Shown here: positions 48,911 through 59,263 of the stretch, piece by piece
Position numbering within the stretch: position 1 is the stretch's first letter
Layout: the number at the start of each line of letters is the position of its first letter
From: an uncultured Chloroflexia bacterium
GTDB lineage: Bacteria; Chloroflexota; Limnocylindria; Limnocylindrales; CSP1-4
Reading direction: 5' to 3'
Length of the DNA stretch: 64,000 bases
Assembly (NCBI GenBank): GCA_963707215.1
Contig: CAVPPB010000003.1
Location: forward strand, 1,248,001 to 1,312,000
Position numbers and translations under genes: made by a program
Notes under the pieces: model-generated
The model's input: the letters and a program-made list of their open reading frames with translations, nothing else
Databases searched by the model: none
What the model was told of the DNA's origin: nothing

Positions 48911-50132
48911 ATGGCCCGGAGGACAATCCTCGTCATCGGGACGCTGGACACGAAGGGAGACGAGATCGCCTTCGTCCGCGACCTCATCGCGGCGCGCGGG
49001 CACGTCCCGTTGGTGCTGGACGCGGGCGTCTCGGATCCAGCCTGGGCCCCCGACATCGATGCGGCTCGCGTGGCTGCCGCGGGTGGCGGTGACCTCGGGG
49101 CCCTCCGCGCTGTGCATGACCGAGCGTCCGCGCTCGAGGTCATGTGCCGCGGCGCCCGGGCGGTCGCGCTCGAGCTCCTCGCCGCCGGCCGCATCGACGG
49201 CGTCCTCGGCCTCGGCGGGTCGGGCGGAACGGCCATCGCCACGGCTGCCATGACGGCGCTGCCGGTCGGCTTCCCGAAGGTCATGGTCAGCACGATGGCC
49301 TCGGGCGACGTCTCGAGCTACGTCGACGTCAAGGACGTCACGATGATGTACTCGGTCCTCGACATCGCCGGCCTCAATCGGCTGTCACGACGGATCCTCG
49401 CCAATGCCGCCGGGGCGGTCTGCGGGATGGTCGAGCAGGCCATGCCACCGACCGAGGATCGGCCGCTCGTGGCGGCGACGATGTTCGGCGTTACCACCCC
49501 GTGCGTCACCCGGATCCGCGAGGCCCTCGAGGCGGCCGGCTACGAGGTCCTCGTCTTCCATGCCACCGGCAGCGGCGGCCGGGCGATGGAGGCCCTCATC
49601 GAGGATGGCTTCGTCGTCGCGGTCGCCGACGTGACCACGACCGAGTGGTGCGACGAGGTCATCGGCGGCGTGCTCTCTGCCGGACCGGATCGGCTGGGAG
49701 CCGCCGGCCGCGCCGGGATCCCCCAGGTCGTCTCGGTCGGCGCGGTCGACATGTGCAACTGGGGCCCCATCGACACCGTGCCGGCCCCGTTCCGGGAGCG
49801 GAACCTCTACAAGCACAACCCATCGGTGACGCTGATGCGGACGACGCCGGAGGAGAACGCCGAGGTCGGCCGGATGATCGCGACGAAGCTGAACGCGGCG
49901 ACCGGCCCGACCGCGCTCTACCTCCCGCTGCGGGGCGTCTCGCATGATCGACGCCGAAGGCGGTCCGTTCTGGTCGCCGGAGGCCGACGCCGCCCTGTTC
50001 GAGGCGATCCGCTCGACGGTGGACCGCGACGGGGTGGAGCTCGTCGAGCTCGATCTCCACGTCAACGACCCGGCCTTCGCCGACGCGATGGCCAGCCGGC
50101 TCCTCGAGATGCTCGAGGCCGGCCGGCGATGA
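48911..50132 (+). CDS. Tm-1-like ATP-binding domain protein (UPF0261), frameshifted near 49943
   Basis: GTLDTKG, GGSGGT, TMFGVTTPCV, VFHATG; C-terminus (MID...LHVNDPAFA) lies in the next frame. Confidence 0.88.
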
Positions 50133-50179
50133 CCGCCCGCCCTGCGCGCGTCCCGCGAGCGCGAAAGGAGCGCTGATCG

Positions 50180-51016
50180 ATGCCGTTCATCCCACGCGAG
50201 GAGATCCTCCGCCGCCTCCGCTCGCAGATCGAGGCGGGCGTGCCGATCGTCGGCTGCGGCGCCGGCACCGGGATCTCGGCCAAGATGGCCGAGGCCGGCG
50301 GCGCCGACATGGCGATCGTCTACAACAGCGGCCGCTACCGGATGGCCGGCCGCGGGTCGCTCGCCGGCATGCTCCCCTACGGCGATGCCAACGCGATCGT
50401 CGTCGAGATGGCCGCCGAGGTCCTCCCCGTCGTCCGCGACATGCCGGTCCTCGCCGGGGTCAACGGCACCGACCCGTTCCGGATCATGCCGGTCTTCCTC
50501 CGCCAGCTGCGGGACCTCGGCTTCGATGGCGTCCAGAACTTCCCGACAGTGGGGCTCATCGACGGCGACTTCCGCCGGAATCTCGAGGCGACCGGCATGG
50601 GCTACGACCTCGAGGTCGCCGCGATCCGGGCCGCCCACGAGCTCGACCTGTTCACCTCGCCGTACGTGTTCGACCCCGACCAGGCGGCCGAGATGGCGAG
50701 GGCGGGCGCCGACCAGCTCGTCGCCCACATCGGGCTGACGACCGCGGGGACGATCGGCGCGGGGGTGGCGCTCACCCTCGACGAGGCGATCGAGCGGGTC
50801 ATGGCGATCGCCGAGGCCGGACGAGCGGTCCGTGGCGACATCATCGTCCTCTGCCACGGCGGGCCGCTCGACGAGCCGGACCAAGTCGGCGAGGCGCTGG
50901 CGCGGATGCCCGGCGTCCACGGCTTCTTCGGCGCCTCGAGCATCGAGCGGCTGCCGACGGAACGGGGCATCAGGGGCCAGGTCGAGGACTTCAAGCGCCT
51001 GGCGATCGCGCGGTAG
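50180..51016 (+). CDS. TIM-barrel protein, phosphoenolpyruvate hydrolase-like (Tm-1 partner)
   Basis: [41 protein letters not shown]. Confidence 0.9.
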   Translation: MPFIPREEILRRLRSQIEAGVPIVGCGAGTGISAKMAEAGGADMAIVYNSGRYRMAGRGSLAGMLPYGDANAIVVEMAAEVLPVVRDMPVLAGVNGTDPFRIMPVFLRQLRDLGFDGVQNFPTVGLIDGDFRRNLEATGMGYDLEVAAIRAAHELDLFTSPYVFDPDQAAEMARAGADQLVAHIGLTTAGTIGAGVALTLDEAIERVMAIAEAGRAVRGDIIVLCHGGPLDEPDQVGEALARMPGVHGFFGASSIERLPTERGIRGQVEDFKRLAIAR

Positions 51017-51041
51017 GTCGCGCCAAGACCCGGCCGGCGAG

Positions 51042-51118
51042 TGGTCGGGGTGGTGGGATTCGAACCCACGACCTCGTGCTCCCAAAGCACGTGCGCTACC
51101 AGGCTGCGCTACACCCCG
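51042..51118 (-). tRNA. tRNA-Pro(TGG)
   Basis: CGGGGTGTAGCGCAGCCTGGTAGCGCA-CGTGC-TTTGGGA-GCACG...GTTCGAATC...CCGACCA. Confidence 0.97.
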
Positions 51119-51300
51119 CCGGTTCCGTGCTCACGAATACCACAGAACTCGTGCCCACGACCGGCCGCGGCGTCAGACCAGAGGCCGAGGGCCTGGTCGG
51201 CCTGCTGTCGCCCCGGTTCGTCCGATCCACGTCCTCGGCAGGGCAGCTCCTGCCGGATCCGCACGAGGGGAGGTGGTCGCGAACCCCGCCCCGCGGAATC

Positions 51301-51780
51301 CTAGATGCCTCCTGAGGCCGGGACGATCACCTCCTCCTCGCCCGTCCGAACGGGCTCCCTGGCCGCCGCCGAGTGGGCTGCCGTCAAGATCGACTTGGCG
51401 ACCCCGACCTGCACGCTGGCCCCGCTTGCGAGGGTGCTGGACGCCCGCAGGAGGTGGAGGGCCGCGTCGAGGTTCACCTGGCCGCTTGACGCAAGACCGT
51501 CGGAGGTGGACCCCGTATGCCGTTGGACCACGCCGCTGCCGGGCGTCGCGGACGGGGCAGCGGTCTGCGGCTCACGTTGCGCCAGCATCTGCAGGATCGC
51601 CCGATTGCCGGCCGTCCGCTGCAGGTGCTCGATCGTCGCGGGCGTTGCGACGGGCGGCGCGTTGACGGGCGAGCCCGGGGGCAACGAGGTTGCTCGTTCT
51701 CGTTCGACGGGTCGCTTCGTTCTGGCCGCGGTCTGCCGCTGGTCGCCCGTGGGTCCGGCGTGGTCATGTGCTTCTGTCAT
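51301..51780 (-). CDS. Hypothetical protein with LQRTAGNRA motif
   Basis: GGAGG RBS; PATIEHLQRTAGNRAILQML...VVQRH. Confidence 0.7.
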   Translation of the reverse strand: MTEAHDHAGPTGDQRQTAARTKRPVERERATSLPPGSPVNAPPVATPATIEHLQRTAGNRAILQMLAQREPQTAAPSATPGSGVVQRHTGSTSDGLASSGQVNLDAALHLLRASSTLASGASVQVGVAKSILTAAHSAAAREPVRTGEEEVIVPASGGI

Positions 51781-51937
51781 CGCGACCTCCGCGAGGCGGG
51801 AGCGACGCGAAACCTGGCAGGTCCCGCGCTGCATCGGTCAGGGTGCCGGCCGGAGAACGCCCGAGGCAAGAGGCTTGGGGGCTCATGGAGGCGGGATCGG
51901 CCCTTTCGGGCAACTGACGCCTCGATCCCCTGGGGGG

Positions 51938-52381
51938 CTAGGCGTGCGCCGGAACCGTCGCCTCGGCGAGGGCCTTGAAGTCGGCCAGGATCTTGCGATG
52001 GTTCCGCTCGATCCAGCTCGAGCTCACGACCCGCTTGACGAAGCCCGGAAGCTTGGCCGGGAGCTCGTAGTCGGACTCCAAGACGAAGCGGGTCGCCTCG
52101 CCGTCGGACTCGCAGCGGAAGTAGTTCTCCATCGGTCCCGGTTCCATGTGATCGTGGTACAGCCGCAGCGGCTCGAACTCGACGATCGTGACCGTCCACT
52201 TCTGCTCGAAGCCCATCACCCGCGCCGTCTGGACGAACGTCGTCCCGACCTCGTCGATCGGGCCGCTGAACTCAGCGAACTGCACGTGCATCCAGTCTTC
52301 CCAGCGCGATGTGTCCGAGAAGCGCGCCCAGACGTGCTCGACGGGTGCCTCGATCCGGATCTCGTCACGGAAGTGCATCAC
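51938..52381 (-). CDS. SRPBCC family protein
   Basis: EIRIEAPVEHVW, GPIDEVGT and DFKALAE motifs. Confidence 0.85.
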   Translation of the reverse strand: MMHFRDEIRIEAPVEHVWARFSDTSRWEDWMHVQFAEFSGPIDEVGTTFVQTARVMGFEQKWTVTIVEFEPLRLYHDHMEPGPMENYFRCESDGEATRFVLESDYELPAKLPGFVKRVVSSSWIERNHRKILADFKALAEATVPAHA

Positions 52382-52404
52382 GGCCTACCCCCTTGATCGG
52401 TGCA

Positions 52405-52477
52405 CCAAGTCTGCCCGTGGCTCGGCGCGGTCCGATGCGGCGGCCGTGGGCACGAACCGAGCGTCAGCGGCCCCCGC
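52405..52477 (-). ncRNA. Degenerate c-di-GMP-II-like riboswitch (copy D)
   Basis: GCGGGGGCCGCTGACG...CACGGCCGCC...GGACCGCGCCGAGCCACGGGCAGAC; 3' end diverged. Confidence 0.5.
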
Positions 52478-52644
52478 GCCATGGCGGTCAGGGTGCCGGT
52501 CATGGAACGTACGGGTCTAGAGGACGAGGGCCTGAACGGTCGCGGCCCCGTCGTCGATCATGCTCGCGAACCGAAGGATGATCGGGGCCTTCACCGCTCC
52601 GTGGTCCGTGCTCAGCTCGGCACTGGGCCGCTCCCGCCGCAGCG

Positions 52645-52715
52645 GCTCCGAAGCACGTCCGCTACCAGGCTGCGCTCCACCCCGCCCGGTTCGCGCTCAC
52701 GAACTCCACATGACT
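52645..52715 (-). mobile_element. Duplicated tRNA-Pro(TGG) 5' half plus upstream flank
   Basis: AAGCACGTCCGCTACCAGGCTGCGCTCCACCCCG...GCTCACGAA resembles 51085-51137. Confidence 0.85.
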
Positions 52716-52809
52716 TGCGAGCGGACCGTTTCGGCCTGCAGCGCTCGAACACGCGCTATGGTGCTCGCGCGCAAGGCCGACCCCATCGGAACTCGCCGGG
52801 AAAGGACTC

Positions 52810-55563
52810 GTGAAGCAGGAGCTCGATCGCCGGCTCGTTGCGGTGGCCTTCACCGACATGGTCGGCTACTCCACGCTGATCCAGGCGGACGAGCGCCTGG
52901 CCGTCGACAAGCGCGACCGGTACTGGCGCGCGGTCGACCGTCAGCACCGGGCCTTCGGCGGGACGATCGTGCAGCGACTCGGCGATGGCAGCATGAGCAT
53001 GTTCCCGAGCGCGCTCGCGGCCGTCCAGGCCGCAGTCGAGATCCAGCGTGGGCTCGCCGCCGAGGACGTCCCGGTGCGCATCGGCATCCACGTGGGCGAG
53101 GTGACGGTCGAGCGAGAGCGGCTCACCGGTGAGGCGGTGAACATCGCCTCCAGGATCGAGTCCTTCGCGGTGCCCGGCGGGGTGATGCTGTCGGACACCG
53201 CGTACGACCACCTCAGGAACCGGACGGATGTGGCCGTCGTCAGCCTGGGACGGTTCAGGCTCAAGAACGTCGGTCGTCCCCTGGAGCTCTTCGCCCTCGC
53301 CGATGACGGCATCGTCGTGCCGGATCCGCGGGTGCTCGAGGGCAAGGGCGAGCGGTTCGCGAGCCTGCCGAGCCACCTCCCCGACCCGGTCGGACCATTG
53401 CTCGGTCGCGCCGCCGACCTCGAGGCGCTCGTCGCGCTGGTCCGAGAGCATCGGGTGGTCACGATTACCGGCCCGGGCGGCGTCGGGAAGACCCGCTTCA
53501 TGGTCGAGCTCGGCCGGGTGCTCGCCCCGGACTTCCTGGACGGTGTCGCATTCATCCCGCTGGCCGACGTCCTCGAGGCCGATGCCTTGGTCCCAGCTCT
53601 CGCCGCTGCGCTGGACGTGAAGGAGGCCGAGGAACGGACGCTGGGCGACGGAGTCATCTCGCTGATCGGTGACAAGAAGGCGCTCCTGCTCCTAGACAAC
53701 CTCGAGCAGATCGTGGCGGCTGCTCCGGAGGTCGCCCGGCTGGTGGCGGCCTGCCCGGGCCTGCGGATCGTCGTCACCAGCAGGACCCTGCTGCGGATCT
53801 CGGCTGAGCGGGAGTTCCCGCTTGCACCGCTCGCGCTCCCGACCTCGTCCGACCCGGGTCCGTCCGCGTCGCTCCTCGATTACCCGGCCGTCGCGCTGTT
53901 CGTCGAGCGGGCCCGCGCCTCGAAGGGCAGCTTCGAGCTCACGCCGGAGAACGCGCGTGCGGTGACCGAGGTGTGCCGTCGCCTGGACGGTCTTCCCCTT
54001 GCGCTCGAGCTCGCTGCCGCGCGGCTTCGGATCCTGTCACCCGAGGCGCTCCTGGAGCGGCTCGACAGAGCCCTGAACGTCCTGACCTCCGGTCCCCGCG
54101 ACATCGCCGAACGACACCAGACCCTGCGTGCCACCATCGACTGGAGCCACGCGCTGCTGATCGATCCGGAGCAGCGTCTCTTCCGGCGGATGGCCGTGTT
54201 CGTCGGGGGTTGCACCCTCGAGGATGTCGAGGCGGTCTGCTCCGAGCCGGGCGAGACCAGCCTCGAAGAGCTGGAGTCGCTCGTCGACAAGGCGCTCGTA
54301 CAGGCGGCCGGCCAGGACGACAGGTTCCGGATGCTCCAGACGATCGGCGAGTATGCCCATGAGCGCCTCGAGGACTCCAGCGAGGCCGATACGATCGCGC
54401 TGCGGCATGCCCGACGGTATGCCGCGCTGGGGCGTGGCATCCGGGATGGCATCGAGGGCATCGACCAGGTCGGCGCCGTCGAACGCGGGATCATGGAGGA
54501 GGGCAATCTCCAGGCCGCGCTGGACACGCTCCTGGCGTCCGCGAAGCTGGGGGACACGATCGCACTCGAGCAGGGTCTGCAGCTGACCGGCGACCTGTGG
54601 ATGTACTGGCACATCCGCGGCAAGAACCTCAGCTCGAAGGAGTACGCGACCGCCTTTCTCGATCTCGATCCTGAGGGTGCTCCCACCGTCGGGCGCGCGG
54701 GCGCCCTGATGACGGTGGGCCTCGCATCCTGGATCTCCGGGCAGTCCGCGCGAGCGGCCGACGAGTGGGGCGAGGCGTATCGCATCGCCGCGGAGCTCGA
54801 TGCCGGGCGCGAGCTGTGCCTCACCGCGTTCTGCCGGGCCCTCGCGGTGCTCGGGTCCGACGTCGACCTTGGGCTCGCGCTGTCGCAGGAGAGCGCCGAG
54901 CGATCCGGAGCGCTCGGGTTCACCTGGGCTCACTCGTGGGCCTTGACCTTCGAGGGGATGCTCCACGCGGTGTCGGGCGATCTCGATGCGGCAACGGCGA
55001 GGTACGCCGACGCGCTGGCGATCCAGCAGCGACTCGGCGACCACGAGGGGGCAGGCATGTCGATCGGCGGCCTTGCCGGATCAGCCGCCGCTCGTGGCGA
55101 CCTGGTCGCCGCCATCGACCTGTACGGCCGGTCGCTCGCGGCATTCGAGACGATCGGCGACCGTGGCGAGGAAGCCAGGATCCTGTCCGAGATCGCCTGG
55201 GCGCATCTCCGGAACGACGACCCGGAGCTGGCACGCAGCTATTTCTTCAAGGCTGCCCAGGCACATACCGACGTGGCCAGCGTCCGTGGAGTAGGGCTGT
55301 CCCTGATCGGGCTGGCGGCCACGGAAGCGGTCGAGCTCCGACCCGAGCGCGCCGTGCAGATCGCGGCGGCGGCCGAGGTCCATGCCGCGCAGGAGGGCAT
55401 CGTCGTGGTCTACTCCGACGAGAACCCGGGTCGTGCGTTCGTCGAGCAGGCACGCGCATCGCTGTCGGACGCGGACGTCGCCCGGGCCACGGAGATCGGC
55501 CGCCGGCTCACGATCAAGCAGGCCCTCGACCTCGCCAGGAGGGCCGATCCGGCTCCTGACTAG
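52810..55563 (+). CDS. Class III nucleotidyl cyclase + STAND NTPase + TPR protein
   Basis: FTDMVGYS, LGDG, GEAVNIASRIE; GPGGVGKT, LLLDNLE, LDGLPLALELAA. Confidence 0.9.
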   Translation: MKQELDRRLVAVAFTDMVGYSTLIQADERLAVDKRDRYWRAVDRQHRAFGGTIVQRLGDGSMSMFPSALAAVQAAVEIQRGLAAEDVPVRIGIHVGEVTVERERLTGEAVNIASRIESFAVPGGVMLSDTAYDHLRNRTDVAVVSLGRFRLKNVGRPLELFALADDGIVVPDPRVLEGKGERFASLPSHLPDPVGPLLGRAADLEALVALVREHRVVTITGPGGVGKTRFMVELGRVLAPDFLDGVAFIPLADVLEADALVPALAAALDVKEAEERTLGDGVISLIGDKKALLLLDNLEQIVAAAPEVARLVAACPGLRIVVTSRTLLRISAEREFPLAPLALPTSSDPGPSASLLDYPAVALFVERARASKGSFELTPENARAVTEVCRRLDGLPLALELAAARLRILSPEALLERLDRALNVLTSGPRDIAERHQTLRATIDWSHALLIDPEQRLFRRMAVFVGGCTLEDVEAVCSEPGETSLEELESLVDKALVQAAGQDDRFRMLQTIGEYAHERLEDSSEADTIALRHARRYAALGRGIRDGIEGIDQVGAVERGIMEEGNLQAALDTLLASAKLGDTIALEQGLQLTGDLWMYWHIRGKNLSSKEYATAFLDLDPEGAPTVGRAGALMTVGLASWISGQSARAADEWGEAYRIAAELDAGRELCLTAFCRALAVLGSDVDLGLALSQESAERSGALGFTWAHSWALTFEGMLHAVSGDLDAATARYADALAIQQRLGDHEGAGMSIGGLAGSAAARGDLVAAIDLYGRSLAAFETIGDRGEEARILSEIAWAHLRNDDPELARSYFFKAAQAHTDVASVRGVGLSLIGLAATEAVELRPERAVQIAAAAEVHAAQEGIVVVYSDENPGRAFVEQARASLSDADVARATEIGRRLTIKQALDLARRADPAPD

Positions 55564-55824
55564 ACCTGGATCGCAGCCGATCGGTCGCGCCTGATGCTGC
55601 GCGTCATCGCATCTCCGGTCCCTGGTCGCTCCAGGTCGAGGATGGTCAACCCCCCTTCCGTCTACAGTGATGACCGCTTGTGACCCGGAGCAGAGGCGCC
55701 CGACGCGGTCGGTCGTCGCGGGGCGAGATCGACCCGGGGGAGTGGGCCCGGGCCGCCTCGGTTGAAGACTGCCGTCCGCGCCACCTCGGAGAGCACCGCG
55801 AGCAGTCACTGAAGGAGGATCTCC

Positions 55825-57021
55825 GTGGACACGAACCCGGTCATCGAGATGCTTGGCCGTCCGCTGCGCCTCGCCGTGATCGGCGGTGGCCCGGGCAGCT
55901 TCATCGGTGCGATGCACCGAACGGCCGCACGACTCGATGGTCGCTATGAGATCGCGGCCGGGGTGGTCTCGTCCGATCCCGAGCGATCCCAGGAGGCGGC
56001 CGCCGGAATGGGGATCGATCCCTCCCGCGCCTATGCCGATGCGATCGGGATGCTCGACGCGGAGAGCGAGCGCGAGGACGGTGCCGAGGTCGTCGCCATC
56101 ATGACCCCCAACGACAGCCATCATCGGTATGCCCTGGCAGCCCTGGGTCGTGGCTTCGACGTCATCTGCGAGAAGCCCATGACGAACACGCTTGACGAGG
56201 CCCTGGACATCGTTCGGAAGGTCGACGCCACCGGGCTGGTCTTCTGCCTCACGCACAACTACACCGGATACCCGATGGTGCGCCAGGCTCGCGCGCTCGT
56301 TGAGGATGGGCAGGTCGGTGAGATCAGGCTGGTCCAGGTCGAGTACGTACAGGGAGGCAAGGCCGACGAGTCCGACCCTGATCCGGTCGACGGGTTGCCC
56401 TGGCGCTATCACCCCGTGCGAGGCGGACCGTCGCTCGTGATGGGCGACATCGGAACGCACGCCCACAACCTGGTGCGATTCGTGAGCGGTCTCGAAATCA
56501 CGGAAGTCGCCGCTGAGATCGGGCACGTGATCCCGGAACGGCCTGTCGACGACTACGGCGCCGCCATGTTGCGCTTCGACAACGATGCGCGCGGGACCTT
56601 CTGGGTCACACAGACCGCCGCTGGGGTGGAGAACAGTCTCTGGATCCGAGTGTCTGGCACGAAGGGCAGCCTGGAGTGGCATCAGGAACGGCCGACGCGG
56701 CTCACCTTCAAGCCGCTCGAAGGACCTGTTCGCGTGTACACGCCGAATGGGCCCGGGGCTCTGCCAACTTCGGCCCGAGCGTGCCGGATCGTCGCCGGGC
56801 ACCCGGAGGGATTCCATGAAGCCTTCGCCAACATCTACTCGGACGCTGCCGAGGTGATCGCCGCGCGGCGCACGGGCCGGGAGCCCGATCCGCAGGCGCT
56901 GCAGTTCCCGAACGAACGCGACGGCGCGGTCGGGGTGAAGTTCGTCGAGGCGGCGGTCGCGTCGAGCGACGCCAACGGTATCTGGACGGACGCCAAGCTC
57001 TTGCTCGAGGAGAAGTCGTGA
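55825..57021 (+). CDS. Gfo/Idh/MocA family oxidoreductase
   Basis: GGGPGSFIGAMH, CEKP, DIGTH and GHPEGF motifs. Confidence 0.92.
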   Translation: MDTNPVIEMLGRPLRLAVIGGGPGSFIGAMHRTAARLDGRYEIAAGVVSSDPERSQEAAAGMGIDPSRAYADAIGMLDAESEREDGAEVVAIMTPNDSHHRYALAALGRGFDVICEKPMTNTLDEALDIVRKVDATGLVFCLTHNYTGYPMVRQARALVEDGQVGEIRLVQVEYVQGGKADESDPDPVDGLPWRYHPVRGGPSLVMGDIGTHAHNLVRFVSGLEITEVAAEIGHVIPERPVDDYGAAMLRFDNDARGTFWVTQTAAGVENSLWIRVSGTKGSLEWHQERPTRLTFKPLEGPVRVYTPNGPGALPTSARACRIVAGHPEGFHEAFANIYSDAAEVIAARRTGREPDPQALQFPNERDGAVGVKFVEAAVASSDANGIWTDAKLLLEEKS

Positions 57022-57437
57022 TGCCTGAACGCAGGGAGATCGGACATGCAGAGGCTCGTGGCCTCGTCGCCATGATCATGGACCGACTCGAGGCCAACGG
57101 AGAAGGTGCCGCGGTGGCCGTCGTCGACCCTCACGGCGAGCTCGTCGCGTTCCTCCGCACCGATGGCTGTGGATTGGCGTCGATCAACATCGCGATCCAC
57201 AAGGCGTTCACGGCGGCTCGCGAGCGTGTCGAATCCAGCGTCCTCGGAGAGCGGTCCCGAACGGAGGGCTTCCCCATCACCAACTTCGGGGACCCACGGT
57301 ACGTGGGATGGGGAGGTGGGGTCCCGATCACCGTGGGCGATGTCGTGATCGGAGCCGTCGGGGTGAGCGGCCTGCCAGAAGCCGCCGACATCGAACTGGC
57401 CCGTTGGGCGGCCGCGAGTCTCGCCGCCGCCCGTTGA
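57018..57437 (+). CDS. GlcG/HbpS heme-binding family protein
   Basis: AVAVVDPHG, KAFTA, GGGVPI and GAVGVSG motifs. Confidence 0.9.
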   Translation: MMPERREIGHAEARGLVAMIMDRLEANGEGAAVAVVDPHGELVAFLRTDGCGLASINIAIHKAFTAARERVESSVLGERSRTEGFPITNFGDPRYVGWGGGVPITVGDVVIGAVGVSGLPEAADIELARWAAASLAAAR

Positions 57438-57541
57438 CCTGAGCCCGACGCCCTGCTCGCGAACCGCTCGATGTCCGGCGCCTTCGCCACTCGACCGGTC
57501 CTGCTCGGGACCCCCGACGCTACGCCGCTCCCGCCCCGGCA

Positions 57542-57588
57542 GCTCCAAGGCACCTGCGCCACCAGGCTGCGCCACCCCCGATCGGTTC
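57542..57588 (-). mobile_element. Second, more degenerate tRNA-Pro 5' half
   Basis: GCTCCAAGGCACCTGCGCCACCAGGCTGCGCCACCCCCG. Confidence 0.75.
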
Positions 57589-57640
57589 GGCCGATCGTCG
57601 CCATGGCCGGAAGGGCCCTCGACGCCTGGCCGGTCGGCGT

Positions 57641-58929
57641 CTACCGCGTGGCGCTGCCGGCCGCCCCCGCGCGGGAGCGAGGCACCGTATCCGGCCCATC
57701 GGACGACTCCGATGCCTTCGCTCGGCTCCGCTGGGCAAGGCGGGCCAGCGCGGTCCCCAGGCGCGCCGCCCGGGCCGTGGCCTCGGGAGTGGCGGGCCCG
57801 GCGACGATGCCTGTCGCCTTGAGGGCCGCGACTTCGTCCGCCGGGAACCCGGCGGACGCGAGGACGTCGAGCGTGTCCTCACCGAGACCGGGCGCGCCCC
57901 GACCATCGCCATCCCCGGCCGCTGCCCGAAGTGGGGTGACGACGTGCATGCCAGCGCCCTCGCCGACGATGAGGCCGCGGGCTCGGACGTGCGGGTCGAG
58001 CTCGACCTCCGCCGGCGTGTTCACGGGTACCACGCAGGCGTCGTCCCCGAGCTCGGCCAGCCAATCGGCGCCAGTTCGCGACCCGAAGATGCCGGCCAGC
58101 TCTGCGATGGCGGACGGGTCGAACTGCCGCGGCACGAGATCCTCGCGCTCGATGGCCCGGCAGAAGGCCACCCAGAACTGCGGCTCCAGGGCGCCCAGGG
58201 CCAGCCAGCGGCCGTCCGAGGCGGCGTAGACGCCGTAGCAGGGGTAGGCGCCGGCAAGCGGACCGGGCGCGGAGCCGGCGGTCTCCAGCCCGGCGCCGAG
58301 CGGGCCGAGCCAGGCCACGATCGCGTCGAGGACCGCGACATCGAGCACGGCACCCTCCCCCGTACGTTCGCGTCGGAAGAGCGCGCTGACGATCTCGAGC
58401 GCAGCGAGCGTCCCTCCGGCCAGGTCCGCGATCTGCAGGCCGGGCGGGACGGGCCGGATCCCGGCCGAGCCCAGGACCGACAGCACGCCGCCGACGGCCA
58501 GGTAGTCGAGATCGTGGCCGGGCCGGTCACGGTAGGGGCCTTCCTGCCCGTAGCCGGTCAGGGCGCAGTAGACGACGTCCGGGTTGACCTCGAGGACGTC
58601 GTCGGGCCCGAGCCCCCGGCGCTCCAGCTGGCCAGGCAGGGACGACCCGAGGAAGACGTCGGCGTCCCGGGCCAGGCGCAGCACCACGTCGCGGCCACGG
58701 GGCAAACGGTAGTTGACCGCGATGCTCCGCTTGCCGCGGTTGACGGCCTCGAAGAAGCCACCGAACCCGAGCTCGGGGGAGCGATCCGGGCGTAGTCCCC
58801 GGCGAGCGGGGTCTCGACCTTGATGACTTCGGCCCCGAGATCCGCCAGCAGCAGGGAACACCACGGTCCCGGGAGCAGCCGGGACAGGTCCAGCACTCGG
58901 ATCCCATCGAGCGGTCGGCCGAGCGACAC
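57641..58929 (-). CDS. CaiB/BaiF CoA-transferase, frameshifted near 58777
   Basis: [12 protein letters not shown]...[10 protein letters not shown], then NRGKRSI and GHDLDY in another frame; the shift falls in a 5-G run. Confidence 0.88.
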
Positions 58930-59263
58930 CTGCGGTCCCCCTCGACGGAATCGTGCTCCACTCATGTCCGGTCGCCAGTGCCGGATGGCCCGGCGGGTCG
59001 TGCGCGCAACACGGGCGACCCATGGGTCGTCTGAGGGGCCGACGCCGGGTGGTCGTTGGCAGGCTGAGGGACCGCCCGGCGTCTCCACGTCTCGTGCGAC
59101 GCGGGCGCCACGGCATCCGCCCCCTGGCTGGAACCGGACCTTCGGGCGCACGGGCTCGGCTTCCCCGTCCCCGGACGGCCTGCTATCCTCGTGCCGCCTG
59201 TGCCCGGCAGACGCGGTCGCCCCAGCGGCCGTCGTTCCGCCGTACCGTCGACCTGGAGGGTCC

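Noticed and set aside
49930-49950. Programmed frameshift in the Tm-1-like gene
   Set aside because: No slippery sequence; one extra base, like other probable sequencing errors.
51895-51915. c-di-GMP-I riboswitch from the GCCCGAAAGGGC tetraloop hairpin
   Set aside because: It lacks the GGCAAA/GACGCAAAGC context and lies upstream of the putative promoter; probably a simple hairpin after the SRPBCC gene.
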